Positions 19,756-29,170 of a stretch of 64,000 nucleotides of DNA are shown in pieces. The DNA lies in the NCBI GenBank assembly GCA_964291625.2, contig OZ220089.1, positions 1,600,001 to 1,664,000 on the forward strand, given 5' to 3'. How positions within the stretch are numbered: position 1 is the stretch's first letter; each line of letters opens with the position of its first letter. The stretch is from Candidatus Latescibacterota bacterium. Lineage in GTDB: Bacteria > Latescibacterota > UBA2968 > UBA8231. The translations under genes were made by a program, and so were the position numbers. A model generated the notes under the pieces. It was not told where the DNA came from and ran no database searches. It was given only the letters and a program-made list of their open reading frames with translations.

Positions 19756-21156
19756 ATGCTGCTGACGATCGCCACCACCTTGCGGCCGGCGACGGATCTC
19801 GGGTTCCTGCTGGTGAAGAACCCGGCCCGCTGCCAGTCCTTCCCCCTGCCCTTCGGACAGGCCCACGTCTTCTACCCGGTGGCCCGCGAGGACCGCTGCG
19901 AGGCGGCGCTGATGCTCGACCTCGATCCGGTCGGCCTCGTGCGCGGCCCCCGGGGGGCCAACCCCGGCGACGGCGGAGCCTTGAGGCAGTACGTGAACGA
20001 CCGCCCCTACGTGGCCTCGTCCTTCCTCAGCGTCGCCCTGGCCCGCGTCTTGGGATCCGCCCTCAAGGGCAGCAGCCGGGACCGGCCCGAGCTCGCGGAC
20101 ACCCCGATCCCCCTCGAGGCGGAGGTCGCCGTGCTCCCCTGCCGCGGCGGCGAGCCTTTCCTGCGGCGCCTCTTCGAGCCGCTGGGGTACTCGGTCGAGG
20201 CCGGGCGCCTCCCCCTCGACGAGCGGTTCCCCGAGTGGGGGGAGAGCCCCTACTACCATGTCCGGCTGGCCGGGACCTGCCGGCTCCGCGACCTGCTCTC
20301 GCACCTGTACGTCCTGCTGCCGGTGCTCGACGACGACAAGCACTACTGGGTCGGACAGGAGGAGCTGGACAAGCTGCTGGCCCGCGGGGAAGGCTGGCTG
20401 TCCTCCCACCCGGAGCGGGAGCAGATCGCCCGCCGCTACCTCAAGCATCAGCGCTACCTGGCGCGGGAGGCGCTGGACCGGCTCATCGTGGAGGAAGACC
20501 CCAACGCCGGCGCCGAACCGGACCATGGGGAGGGGGAGGAGAGTCTCGAGCGCCCCCTGAGCCTCAACGACCAGCGCCTCGCCGCGGTGAGGGAGGTGAT
20601 CCGCGAGGCGGGGGCCCGCAGCGTCATCGATCTCGGCTGCGGCGAGGGCAAGCTCCTCAAGGCCCTGCTCGACGACGGTGACTGCGACCGCATCGCCGGC
20701 ATGGACGTCTCCCACCGCGCCCTCGAGATCGCCGGGGAGCGCCTCGGCCTCGAGCGCCTTCCGGCGGGGCAGCGGCAGCGCCTGAAGCTGTTCCAGGGCT
20801 CCCTCACCTACCGCGACGAGCGCCTCTCCGGGTACGACGCCGCCTGCGCCGTGGAGGTGGTCGAGCACATCGACCCGCCGCGGCTGCCGGCCTTCGAGCG
20901 CGTCCTCTTCGAGTTCGCGCGGCCGGCCACGGCTGTCGTGACCACACCGAACGCCGAGTACAACAGCCGCTTCGAGTTCCTCCCCGCGGGCCAGTTCCGC
21001 CACCGCGACCACCGCTTCGAGTGGACGCGGCCGCAGTTCCGCGACTGGGCGGAGGCCGCCGCCGGGCGCTTCGGGTACACGGTCCGCTTCCTGCCGGTGG
21101 GCGAAGAGGACGCCGAGCTCGGCTCCCCGACGCAGATGGCCGTGTTCTCGCGGTGA
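19756..21156 (+). CDS. hen1: 3'-terminal RNA ribose 2'-O-methyltransferase Hen1
   Basis: ATDLGFLL.KNP, QYVNDRPY, LPVLDDDKHYWV, DLGCGEG, EVVEH, TTPNAEYN, RHRDHRFEWTR. Confidence 0.96.
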   Translation: MLLTIATTLRPATDLGFLLVKNPARCQSFPLPFGQAHVFYPVAREDRCEAALMLDLDPVGLVRGPRGANPGDGGALRQYVNDRPYVASSFLSVALARVLGSALKGSSRDRPELADTPIPLEAEVAVLPCRGGEPFLRRLFEPLGYSVEAGRLPLDERFPEWGESPYYHVRLAGTCRLRDLLSHLYVLLPVLDDDKHYWVGQEELDKLLARGEGWLSSHPEREQIARRYLKHQRYLAREALDRLIVEEDPNAGAEPDHGEGEESLERPLSLNDQRLAAVREVIREAGARSVIDLGCGEGKLLKALLDDGDCDRIAGMDVSHRALEIAGERLGLERLPAGQRQRLKLFQGSLTYRDERLSGYDAACAVEVVEHIDPPRLPAFERVLFEFARPATAVVTTPNAEYNSRFEFLPAGQFRHRDHRFEWTRPQFRDWAEAAAGRFGYTVRFLPVGEEDAELGSPTQMAVFSR

Positions 21157-23690
21157 AGATCACCGTTCCCGAGCCTTCCCTCGTCGTCCTCGCCGGTCCC
21201 TCGGGGAGCGGCAAGTCGACCTTCGCGCGCCGCCACTTCCGGCCGACCGAGGTGATCTCCTCCGACCGCTGCCGGGGCCTGGTCTCCGACGACGAGAACG
21301 ACCTGTCCGCCACCGGCGACGCCTTCGACCTCCTCCATTACATCGCCTCCAAGCGGCTGGCCGGCCGCCGGCTCACCGTGATCGACGCCACCAGCGTCAA
21401 GGCGGAGGACCGCGCCGGCCTGGTCGCCCTGGCCCGCGAGCACCACCTCCTCGCCGCGGCGATCGTCCTCGACCTGCCGGCGCGGCTCTGCCAGGATCGC
21501 AACGAGGAACGCGCCGACCGCGACATCCCTCCCCAGGTGGTGCGGCGCCAGAGTCAGGCCCTGCGCCGCTCCCTGCGCGGCATGAGGCGGGAGGGCTTCC
21601 ACTCGGTCACCGTCCTCGGCAGCCCGGAAGAAGCGGACGCCGCCGTCATCGAGCGCCAGCCCCTGTGGCCGGACCGGCGCGGCGAGAGCGGACCTTTCGA
21701 CATCATCGGCGACGTCCACGGCTGTCATGACGAGCTGGTCGAGCTGCTCGGCGCCCTCGGCTGGGAGATCGGCCCCGGACCCTCGGGGCCGGAACCGCGC
21801 CATCCCGAGGGACGGAAGGCGGTCTTCCTGGGGGACCTCGTCGACCGCGGCCCCCGCTCCCCGGAGGTGCTGCGCCTGGTCATGGGGATGGTGGAAGCGG
21901 GGACGGCCCTGTGCGTGCCCGGGAACCACGACGTCAAGCTGCTGCGCAAGCTGCAGGGACGGGACGTGCAGGTCACCCACGGACTCGCCGAGACCCTGGA
22001 GCAGCTCGAGGGCGAGCCGGGGGAGTTCGCCGACGAGGCCGCGGCCTTCATCGGCGGACTGGTCAGCCACTACGTGCTCGACGGCGGGAACCTCGTCGTC
22101 GCCCACGCCGGACTCGAGGAGGCCTTGCAGGGGCGGGCCTCGGGCCGGGTCCGCGAGTTCGCCCTCTACGGCGAGACCACCGGCGAGACCGACGAGTTCG
22201 GGCTGCCGGTGCGCAGCGACTGGGCGGCCGCCTACCGCGGCCGGGCGGCGGTCGTCTACGGCCACACGCCGGTGCCGGAGCCGGAATGGGTGAACGGCAC
22301 GATCAACATCGACACCGGGTGCGTCTTCGGCGGCCGGCTGACGGCGTTGCGCTACCCGGAGAGGGAGATCGTCCAGGTCCCCGCGGGGCGTGTGTACTGC
22401 GAGCCGGTGCGGCCCCTGCCCGCTTCGGAGGAGACACGCCCGTACGGCGACCTCCTCGACATCGGCGACGTCCTCGGCCGGCGGGTCGTGGCCACCCGCG
22501 TCCACCGCGCCGTCGCCATCCGCCAGGAGAACGCCGCCGCCGCTCTCGAGGTGATGAGCCGCTTCGCCCTCGACCCGCGCTGGCTCGTCTACCTGCCGCC
22601 GACCATGGCCCCCTCCGACACCGCTCCGGAAGGAGAGGACCTCGAGCACCCCCGCGAGAGCTTCGCCTACTACCGCACCCAGGGGGTCTCCAAGGTGATC
22701 TGCCAGGAGAAGCACATGGGATCGCGGGCGGTGATCCTGGTCTGCCGGGACGAGGCCGCGGCGCGGCGCAGGTTCGGTGCCGGCGGCGGCGAGGCCGGCG
22801 TGATCTACACCCGCACCGGCCGCCCCTTCTTCAGCGACCCGGAGCGCGGCATGGCGGTGGTCGAGCGACTGCGCGCCGCCGTCGAAGGCGCGGGGTTCTG
22901 GGAGCGCTTCGACAGCGACTGGATCTGCCTCGACGCCGAGATCATGCCCTGGTCGGAGAAGGCCCAGGAGCTGTTGCGCACCCAGTACGCCCCGGCGGGA
23001 GCGGCGGCCTCGGCTGGTCTGGAGGCTGCCCTCGCCGCCCTGGCACAGGCCGGCGAGAGGGACGGCGGCAGCGAGGCGCTCACGGACCACCTTCGGCAGC
23101 GGCAGGGCTGCATCTCCCGCTATGTCGACGCCTACCGGCGCTACTGCTGGCCCGTCGACGACCTCTCGGACCTGCGCATCGCCCCCTTCCACCTGCTGGC
23201 CACCGAGGGCCGCGTCCACACCGATCAGGACCACCTCTGGCACATGGAGACCCTGGCGGAACTGTGCCGGGCGGACGACGAGCTGCTGCTCGCGACGCGG
23301 CACCTCCTCGTCGACACCTCAGACGGCGACAGCGAGGCGCGGGGCACCCGCTGGTGGCGGGAGCTCACCGGGAGCGGCGGCGAGGGCATGGTGGTCAAGC
23401 CCCTGGACTGGCTCGCCCGCGGCCGGAAGGGGCCGGCCCAGCCGGCCCTCAAGTGCCGGGGGCGGGAGTACCTGCGCATCATCTACGGACCCGAGTACAC
23501 CCTTCCCGGACAGATCGAGCGCCTGCGGCAGCGGCGCCTGTCGACCAAGCGCTCCCTGGCCCTGCGCGAGTTCGCCCTCGGCCTGGAGGCCCTGCACCGC
23601 TTCGTCGAGGGGGAACCCCTCTACCGCGTGCACGAGTGCGTCTTCGGGGTCCTGGCCCTGGAGAGCGAGCCGGTGGATCCGAGGCTGTGA
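21153..23690 (+). CDS. pnkp: polynucleotide kinase-phosphatase-ligase Pnkp
   Basis: Kinase GPSGSGKS; metallophosphoesterase GDVHG/GDLVDRG/GNHD; ligase EKHMGSR and EGMVVKP; C-terminal ESEPVDPRL. Confidence 0.96.
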   Translation: MKITVPEPSLVVLAGPSGSGKSTFARRHFRPTEVISSDRCRGLVSDDENDLSATGDAFDLLHYIASKRLAGRRLTVIDATSVKAEDRAGLVALAREHHLLAAAIVLDLPARLCQDRNEERADRDIPPQVVRRQSQALRRSLRGMRREGFHSVTVLGSPEEADAAVIERQPLWPDRRGESGPFDIIGDVHGCHDELVELLGALGWEIGPGPSGPEPRHPEGRKAVFLGDLVDRGPRSPEVLRLVMGMVEAGTALCVPGNHDVKLLRKLQGRDVQVTHGLAETLEQLEGEPGEFADEAAAFIGGLVSHYVLDGGNLVVAHAGLEEALQGRASGRVREFALYGETTGETDEFGLPVRSDWAAAYRGRAAVVYGHTPVPEPEWVNGTINIDTGCVFGGRLTALRYPEREIVQVPAGRVYCEPVRPLPASEETRPYGDLLDIGDVLGRRVVATRVHRAVAIRQENAAAALEVMSRFALDPRWLVYLPPTMAPSDTAPEGEDLEHPRESFAYYRTQGVSKVICQEKHMGSRAVILVCRDEAAARRRFGAGGGEAGVIYTRTGRPFFSDPERGMAVVERLRAAVEGAGFWERFDSDWICLDAEIMPWSEKAQELLRTQYAPAGAAASAGLEAALAALAQAGERDGGSEALTDHLRQRQGCISRYVDAYRRYCWPVDDLSDLRIAPFHLLATEGRVHTDQDHLWHMETLAELCRADDELLLATRHLLVDTSDGDSEARGTRWWRELTGSGGEGMVVKPLDWLARGRKGPAQPALKCRGREYLRIIYGPEYTLPGQIERLRQRRLSTKRSLALREFALGLEALHRFVEGEPLYRVHECVFGVLALESEPVDPRL

Positions 23691-23694
23691 GGAA

Positions 23695-23809
23695 TCCGCC
23701 GAATCACCCGCTGAGTGTCCGCCGAATCACCCTCTAAGTATCCGCCGAATCACCCGTTGTATTTACGCCGAATCACCCGCTGAAATTCCGCCGAATCACC
23801 CGCTGGAGC
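23695..23809 (+). repeat. tandem array of five 23-bp units: core TCCGCCGAATCACCC plus 8 variable nt
   Basis: Units start at 23695, 23718, 23741, 23764 and 23787. Tails are gctgagtg, tctaagta, gttgtatt, gctgaaat, gctggagc. Unit 4 has one core mismatch. Confidence 0.95.
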
Positions 23810-23838
23810 TTGCCGTGCCCGGCGGTCGGGCGTACTCT
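23810..23838 (+). promoter_or_regulatory. sigma-70-like promoter TTGCCG-N17-TACTCT (near-leaderless) for the DUF4143 ATPase
   Basis: -35 at 23810-23815 immediately after the last repeat, -10 at 23833-23838, ATG at 23848 with no Shine-Dalgarno. Confidence 0.65.
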
Positions 23839-23847
23839 ACCCACCCC

Positions 23848-25098
23848 ATGGGATACCTGCCGAGAATCGCCGATGCCGAACTGGCGGAGCTGCTCGGGGC
23901 TACCGGTGCAACCCTCGTGGAGGGGCCCAAGGCATCCGGGAAGACGGCTACCGCCATGCGGGCGGCCGGGAGCGCGGTGATGCTGGACGTCGACGACAAT
24001 GCCCGGCGGCTGATCGGCGCCGACCCGGAAGCCCTGCTGATCGGGGAGACGCCGCGGCTGATCGACGAGTGGCAGCTCGAGCCCGCCATCTGGAACCACG
24101 TGCGCAGGGCCGTCGACCGGCGCGCTGCCCCCGGGCAGTTCATTCTCACGGGCTCGGCCGTTCCCGCCGACGACATCACGCGCCACACCGGGGCCGGCCG
24201 TTTCGCCCGCCTGCGCATGCGCCCCATGTCTCTCTTCGAGACCGGCCGCTCCACCGGCGAGATCTCCCTGAGCCGCCTCCTGGACGGCTGCGAACAGCGG
24301 GCGCAGCGGTCCGAGCTGCCGATCCTGTCGGTCGCCGAGCTGGTCTGCGCCGGGGGCTGGCCGGCCAACACCGGCCGGACGCTGCCCCAGACCCTGCGCG
24401 CGAACCGCGCCTACCTCGACGAGATACGCCGCACGGACGTATCGGCGGTCAGCGGCGGAACACGGGACCCGGTCAGGGTGGGGCGCCTGCTGCGGTCGCT
24501 GGCGCGCAACATCGCCACCCCGGTCTCCATGTCGAAGCTGACCGCCGAAGCCGGCGATGCCAACGCGCCCCTGAAGGCGGACACGGTCGCAGGCTATCTC
24601 GACGCCCTGCACCGGCTCATGGTGGTGGAGAACCAGCCGGCCTGGTCCCCTCACCTGCGATCGCGCACCACCCTCCGGGAGGCGCCCGTCCGCCACTTCG
24701 TCGATCCCTCGCTGGCGGTGGCGGCGCTGCGAGCCACTCCCGAGCGCCTGACCGCCGACCTGGAGTTCCTCGGCCTCCTCTTCGAGTCGATGGTGATCCG
24801 CGACCTGCGGGTCTACGCCCAGGCCGCCGACGCCCAGGTCTTCCACTACCGGGAGAAGGAGGGGCTGGAGGTGGACGCCATCGTCGAAGCGGCGGACGGG
24901 CGCTGGGCGGCCTTCGAGATCAAGCTCGGGGAGCGCTGGGTGGACGACGGCGCCAGGAACCTCCGCAGGCTGGCCCGCCGGATGGAGCACAGCGACCACG
25001 AGAAGCCGTCCGCCCTCGCGGTCATCGTCCCGAGCGGGTACGGCACCGCGGGAATCGGGGACGTGGGCGTGATCCCCGTCGGGGCCCTGGGGCCATGA
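23848..25098 (+). CDS. AAA_14 ATPase + DUF4143 protein with C-terminal PD-(D/E)xK-like nuclease fold
   Basis: GPKASGKT, LIDEWQ, FILTGS, GGWP, TVAGYLDAL, HFVDPSL, GLLFES, EVDAIV...AFEIK. Confidence 0.9.
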   Translation: MGYLPRIADAELAELLGATGATLVEGPKASGKTATAMRAAGSAVMLDVDDNARRLIGADPEALLIGETPRLIDEWQLEPAIWNHVRRAVDRRAAPGQFILTGSAVPADDITRHTGAGRFARLRMRPMSLFETGRSTGEISLSRLLDGCEQRAQRSELPILSVAELVCAGGWPANTGRTLPQTLRANRAYLDEIRRTDVSAVSGGTRDPVRVGRLLRSLARNIATPVSMSKLTAEAGDANAPLKADTVAGYLDALHRLMVVENQPAWSPHLRSRTTLREAPVRHFVDPSLAVAALRATPERLTADLEFLGLLFESMVIRDLRVYAQAADAQVFHYREKEGLEVDAIVEAADGRWAAFEIKLGERWVDDGARNLRRLARRMEHSDHEKPSALAVIVPSGYGTAGIGDVGVIPVGALGP

Positions 25099-26090
25099 CC
25101 TTTCGCGTACCCTACGAGCGCATGCTCGGCGAGTTCGAGCGCGCCCTGTCGGCCTCCGGGTTCGACCAGGCGGACGCGGCGGCGCTGGCGCGCGTCTTCG
25201 CCGACAACACCTGCGACGGCGTCACCTCCCACGGGATCAACCGCTTCCCCGGCTTCGTGCGCGACGTGCGCGGCGGGCGGCTCCACCCGGCGGCCCGGGC
25301 CGGGCGGGTGGCCGCCCTCGGGGCGCTGGAGCAGTGGGACGGCCACCGGGGCCCCGGCATCCTCAACGCCCTCGCCTGCATGGACCGCGCCGTCGAGCTG
25401 GCCCGGGAGCACGCGGTGGGCGCCGTGGCCCTGCGCAACACCAGCCACTGGATGCGCGCCGGCACCTACGGCCTGCGGGCGGCGGCGGCCGGCTGCATCG
25501 GCATCTGCTGGACGAACACGACGCGCCTGATGCCGCCCCACGGCTCGGCGGAGAAGCTCCTGGGGAACAACCCCCTGGTGATGGCGGTCCCGGCGCCCGG
25601 CGGCGACCCCGTGCTCCTCGACATGGCGATGAGCCAGTTCTCGGGAGGACGGGTGCAGATCCACGAGCGCAGCGGCGAGCCCCTGCCCGTGCCCGGCGGC
25701 TACGACGCCGAGGGCCGGCTCACCACCGACGCCGCCGCCCTGGAGCGCCCCCTCCCCATCGGCCTGTGGAAGGGCAGCGGCCTGGCCCTGTGCCTGGACC
25801 TCGTGGCGGCGCTCGTCTCCGGGGGCCGCACCACGGCGGAGATCTCCCGCGAGCCGAAGGAGGCGGGGGTGTCGCAGATGTTCGTGGCCATCGATCTGGC
25901 GAAGACCGGCGATCCCGACCGCGTGCGGCAGGCCGTGGAGGAGTCGCTGGCCGACCTGGGATCCGCGGGCTCACTGCCCGGGGAGCAGGTCGCCTGGCCG
26001 GGGCAGCGCAGCGCCGGGCGGCGCCGGGAGGCCCTGCGCCTCGGGGTGCCGGTGGAGCGGCGGTTCTGGGAGGAGGTGCTGGAGCTGTAG
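25095..26090 (+). CDS. yiaK: 3-dehydro-L-gulonate 2-dehydrogenase (Ldh_2 family)
   Basis: DGVTSHGINRF, LRNTSHWMRAGTYG, GICWTNT, GNNPL, DMAMSQFS, WKGSG. Confidence 0.85.
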   Translation: MTFRVPYERMLGEFERALSASGFDQADAAALARVFADNTCDGVTSHGINRFPGFVRDVRGGRLHPAARAGRVAALGALEQWDGHRGPGILNALACMDRAVELAREHAVGAVALRNTSHWMRAGTYGLRAAAAGCIGICWTNTTRLMPPHGSAEKLLGNNPLVMAVPAPGGDPVLLDMAMSQFSGGRVQIHERSGEPLPVPGGYDAEGRLTTDAAALERPLPIGLWKGSGLALCLDLVAALVSGGRTTAEISREPKEAGVSQMFVAIDLAKTGDPDRVRQAVEESLADLGSAGSLPGEQVAWPGQRSAGRRREALRLGVPVERRFWEEVLEL

Positions 26091-26121
26091 GTCGTGCCCG
26101 CGCCGCGGCCGCGATGGACGA

Positions 26122-29040
26122 TCAGTACCCGAAGATATCCTCGACTCCGACCTCGACCACCTCTCCGAAACGCCCGAGCTCGTCCAGGTCGATCTTCGAT
26201 CCATCCCCGACGATGGAGATCAACTTCGGCCGCCCCTCGATATGTCCCGCATGGTAGTCGAGCAGGTGGGGGAGTGAAGCGCTCTCGATCTGCTCGAAAC
26301 GCCAGGCCCGTGGATCGACAGGGACCTCCTGGCGTTCCCATTTGCGCACCGCCCCCAGCACATCCCTGAACCCGAGCCGCCGGGTGCGGTACTGCTCGAC
26401 GAGTGCCTTTCTCGCAGCGGCGAAGCGCTCCTCCGATTCGGGAATGTCGTCGATCAGCTCGATGAACGCTCCCACGGCCTCTGGCGCTTTGTCCGCCTGA
26501 GAGCCGATGAAGCCGGAGAACAGATCGTGGGCCTCCTTGCGGTCTCCGTGGAACTGCCAGGCCCAGGCCGAGTACGCCAGGGCCCTCGCTTCGCGCAGCT
26601 CCTGGAAGACGATGCCGGCCATGCCTCCGTAGAAGTACTCGTTGAAGAGATCGATCTGAGGGCGCCTGTCCTCGCCGTAGGTCTCACCCCCCGACTCGAT
26701 GCGGACCAGGGCCTGGGCCATCTCCTTGTCGAAGAACAGGATCTCCGTCTGCGCGGGCCGGCGTATCTCCAGGGCCTCGAACGGCGGCGGGGCCCTCAAC
26801 TCGGCCGCGGGGAGGACGTAGCGCTCCGACAGCGTCTCCACGACCTGATCGATCGGCAGGGATCCTGTATACGATAGATCGTGCTCGTGCGACAACAGGT
26901 TGCCGGCCAGGGCATGCAGCTCCCCCACCGTCAAGCGCTGGAGCTGCTCGTTCGACGGCACCCGCAGGTAGGAGGAGTTCTCGCCGTGACGGTTGAACTG
27001 GAACAGGGCGCGGTGAACCGTGTTGTGATCCTTGACGGCATCCTGCCGCTCCACGAGGATGATCTCGATCAACTCGTCCAGGGTGGAATCCGGCGCCGTC
27101 GGCTGCAGCAGCGCCGACATCATCAGATCGATGGAGGGCGCGAAGTTCTCGTCCAGTCCCGAGATCGAGATCGCCGTGGAGTGATCGCCGGGGGAAAAGG
27201 CGAACTCGGTCCCGAGACGATACCACTCCTTCTTGAGCTCCTCGGAGCTCAGTCCGCCGGCGCCGGACTTGTCGAGCAGCCGCCCCGCCATCGCGAGCCG
27301 GCCCGCGGCCAGCTTGCCCACGTCGACCGAGATCTCGAGCGAAAACAGGTCGTTCAGCGGATTGGCCGCATAGTACAGATCGATCCCGTCGCGCAGTCTC
27401 TTCCTGGTGAAGTCCTTGCCGGGTATCACGAATACCGGCTCGATCTCCTCACTCGGCAGAGCGAGGATCCCGGCGGCGAAGGCGGACTCTCTCGCCGGAT
27501 CGATGGCGATCGCATCGAGCGCCGGTTTGTCGATCGCCGGAAGGGAGGGCTCGCCATCACGGCGATAGCCGGCCACGTAGCCGTCGTCGAAGTACTTCCT
27601 GGCCACCTCGACGATATCCTCCTTGCCCAGGGCCGCCATGCGTTCGAGCTTGCGCCGGGCGTGGTCCCACTCCTGGAACGACAGGAAGGCCTGGTGCATC
27701 AGGGCCACCCGGGAGCTGTTCGACTCGAGCCTCCGGCGGTAGGTCTTCTTCCAATCGGTGACGATGGCCGGAATGATCCAGTCTTCGAAACGGCCCGACT
27801 TGATCAGGTCCAGCTGCTCCACCAGGAGCGCCTCGACCTCCTCCAGCGTCTGTCCCTCCTTGGGCACTCCATACAGGTACTGGGCTCCGTAGTCATTGCG
27901 GTTGTAGTGTGACGTAGTCCACGAGCCGGCGCGGCGCACCCGCTGTTTCTGATTGAGGTTGAGGTTGATCAGCCCGGCGGTGGCGTTGTCCAGGATGTAG
28001 TCGAGGACCTGCAGCGCCTCGGTGTGCTCGTGGGTGCTCGGGGCGGTGCGAAAGGCCAGCAACACGTACTCCTCGCCCGGGTAGACGACCTCGACGCGCT
28101 CGATCTCCTTCAGCTTCTTCTCTCTCCACTTCTTCGGCTTCGGCAGCTCTCGCCGTTCCCACCTGGAGAACTCCCGGTCGATCAGCTCCATGGCGCGCTC
28201 CACGTCGACGTCGCCCGAGATGATCACGGCCATGTTGTTCGGCACGTACCACGTCCGGTAGTAGTCGTACATCAGCTTGAGAGACGGGTTCTTCAGGTGT
28301 TCCACCGAGCCGAGGGTCGTCTGCTGTCCGTAGGGATGCGCCTTGTAGAGGTGCCGGTTCACCGCATCCCGGATGAGCTGGTTCTTGTTGTCGAGGGAGC
28401 GGTTCTTCTCCTCGTACACCGTTTCCAGCTCGGTCTGGAACAGTCTGAAGACCGGCTGCGAGAACCGCTCCGCCTCCAGCTTCGCCCAGTGGGCGAGACG
28501 ATTCGATGGCAGGTCGACTTTGTACACCGTCTCCTCGACCCAGGTGTGGGCGTTGAGGCCCTCGGCGCCGAGGGCGCTGTAGATCCTGTCGAGCTCGCCG
28601 GGGACGGCGTACCGGGATCCGAGCTGCCCTTGTTCGTTGATCAGGGCGTACAGCTCCCGGCGCTTCGTCGAGTCGGACTCTGCGAAGTGCTGCTCGTAGA
28701 GAGCTGTGATGCTGTCGAGATGAACCCCCTCGGCCTCGTAGTCGAGAGTGCCGAGCCGGGTGGTCCCCTTGAACAGCATGTGTTCGAGGTAGTGGGCGAT
28801 CCCCGTCGATACCGCCGGGTCGTGCTTGCTGCCCGCCCTGACGACGATCTCGGCGTAGAACCGTGGTTTCTGGTCGTTCTCGCTGAGATAGACGGTGAGG
28901 CCGTTCTCCAACCGGTACACGTGAACGGCCATGGGATCGGACGGGTCCGGTGCATGGATCAGCGTGGGCTGGGACCAGGAGGTGGTGGCGACGGCGAGGA
29001 CGGCCGCGATCCACCATGCCCTGGCGAAGAAGCGGGTCAT
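26122..29040 (-). CDS. secreted M16 (insulinase-family) zinc peptidase
   Basis: Signal peptide, LENGLTVYL, GIAHYLEHMLFKGT (HxxEH), ELREARALAYS. Confidence 0.92.
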   Translation of the reverse strand: MTRFFARAWWIAAVLAVATTSWSQPTLIHAPDPSDPMAVHVYRLENGLTVYLSENDQKPRFYAEIVVRAGSKHDPAVSTGIAHYLEHMLFKGTTRLGTLDYEAEGVHLDSITALYEQHFAESDSTKRRELYALINEQGQLGSRYAVPGELDRIYSALGAEGLNAHTWVEETVYKVDLPSNRLAHWAKLEAERFSQPVFRLFQTELETVYEEKNRSLDNKNQLIRDAVNRHLYKAHPYGQQTTLGSVEHLKNPSLKLMYDYYRTWYVPNNMAVIISGDVDVERAMELIDREFSRWERRELPKPKKWREKKLKEIERVEVVYPGEEYVLLAFRTAPSTHEHTEALQVLDYILDNATAGLINLNLNQKQRVRRAGSWTTSHYNRNDYGAQYLYGVPKEGQTLEEVEALLVEQLDLIKSGRFEDWIIPAIVTDWKKTYRRRLESNSSRVALMHQAFLSFQEWDHARRKLERMAALGKEDIVEVARKYFDDGYVAGYRRDGEPSLPAIDKPALDAIAIDPARESAFAAGILALPSEEIEPVFVIPGKDFTRKRLRDGIDLYYAANPLNDLFSLEISVDVGKLAAGRLAMAGRLLDKSGAGGLSSEELKKEWYRLGTEFAFSPGDHSTAISISGLDENFAPSIDLMMSALLQPTAPDSTLDELIEIILVERQDAVKDHNTVHRALFQFNRHGENSSYLRVPSNEQLQRLTVGELHALAGNLLSHEHDLSYTGSLPIDQVVETLSERYVLPAAELRAPPPFEALEIRRPAQTEILFFDKEMAQALVRIESGGETYGEDRRPQIDLFNEYFYGGMAGIVFQELREARALAYSAWAWQFHGDRKEAHDLFSGFIGSQADKAPEAVGAFIELIDDIPESEERFAAARKALVEQYRTRRLGFRDVLGAVRKWERQEVPVDPRAWRFEQIESASLPHLLDYHAGHIEGRPKLISIVGDGSKIDLDELGRFGEVVEVGVEDIFGY

Positions 29041-29170
29041 GGCAATTCCCTCAGGTGACGGGATGCAGGTGGAAGGACAGGAGTATACAGGGGACACACG
29101 AACCCTGGCCAACTCGATGCATGACCTTCGACTCCGGACCACTGGGAGGTCCCCCGCTGACGCGCCAGGT

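Noticed and set aside
23695-23809. CRISPR array interpretation of the 23-bp repeats
   Set aside because: Variable parts are only 8 nt and mutually similar, the core is not palindromic, and no cas genes are in the window.
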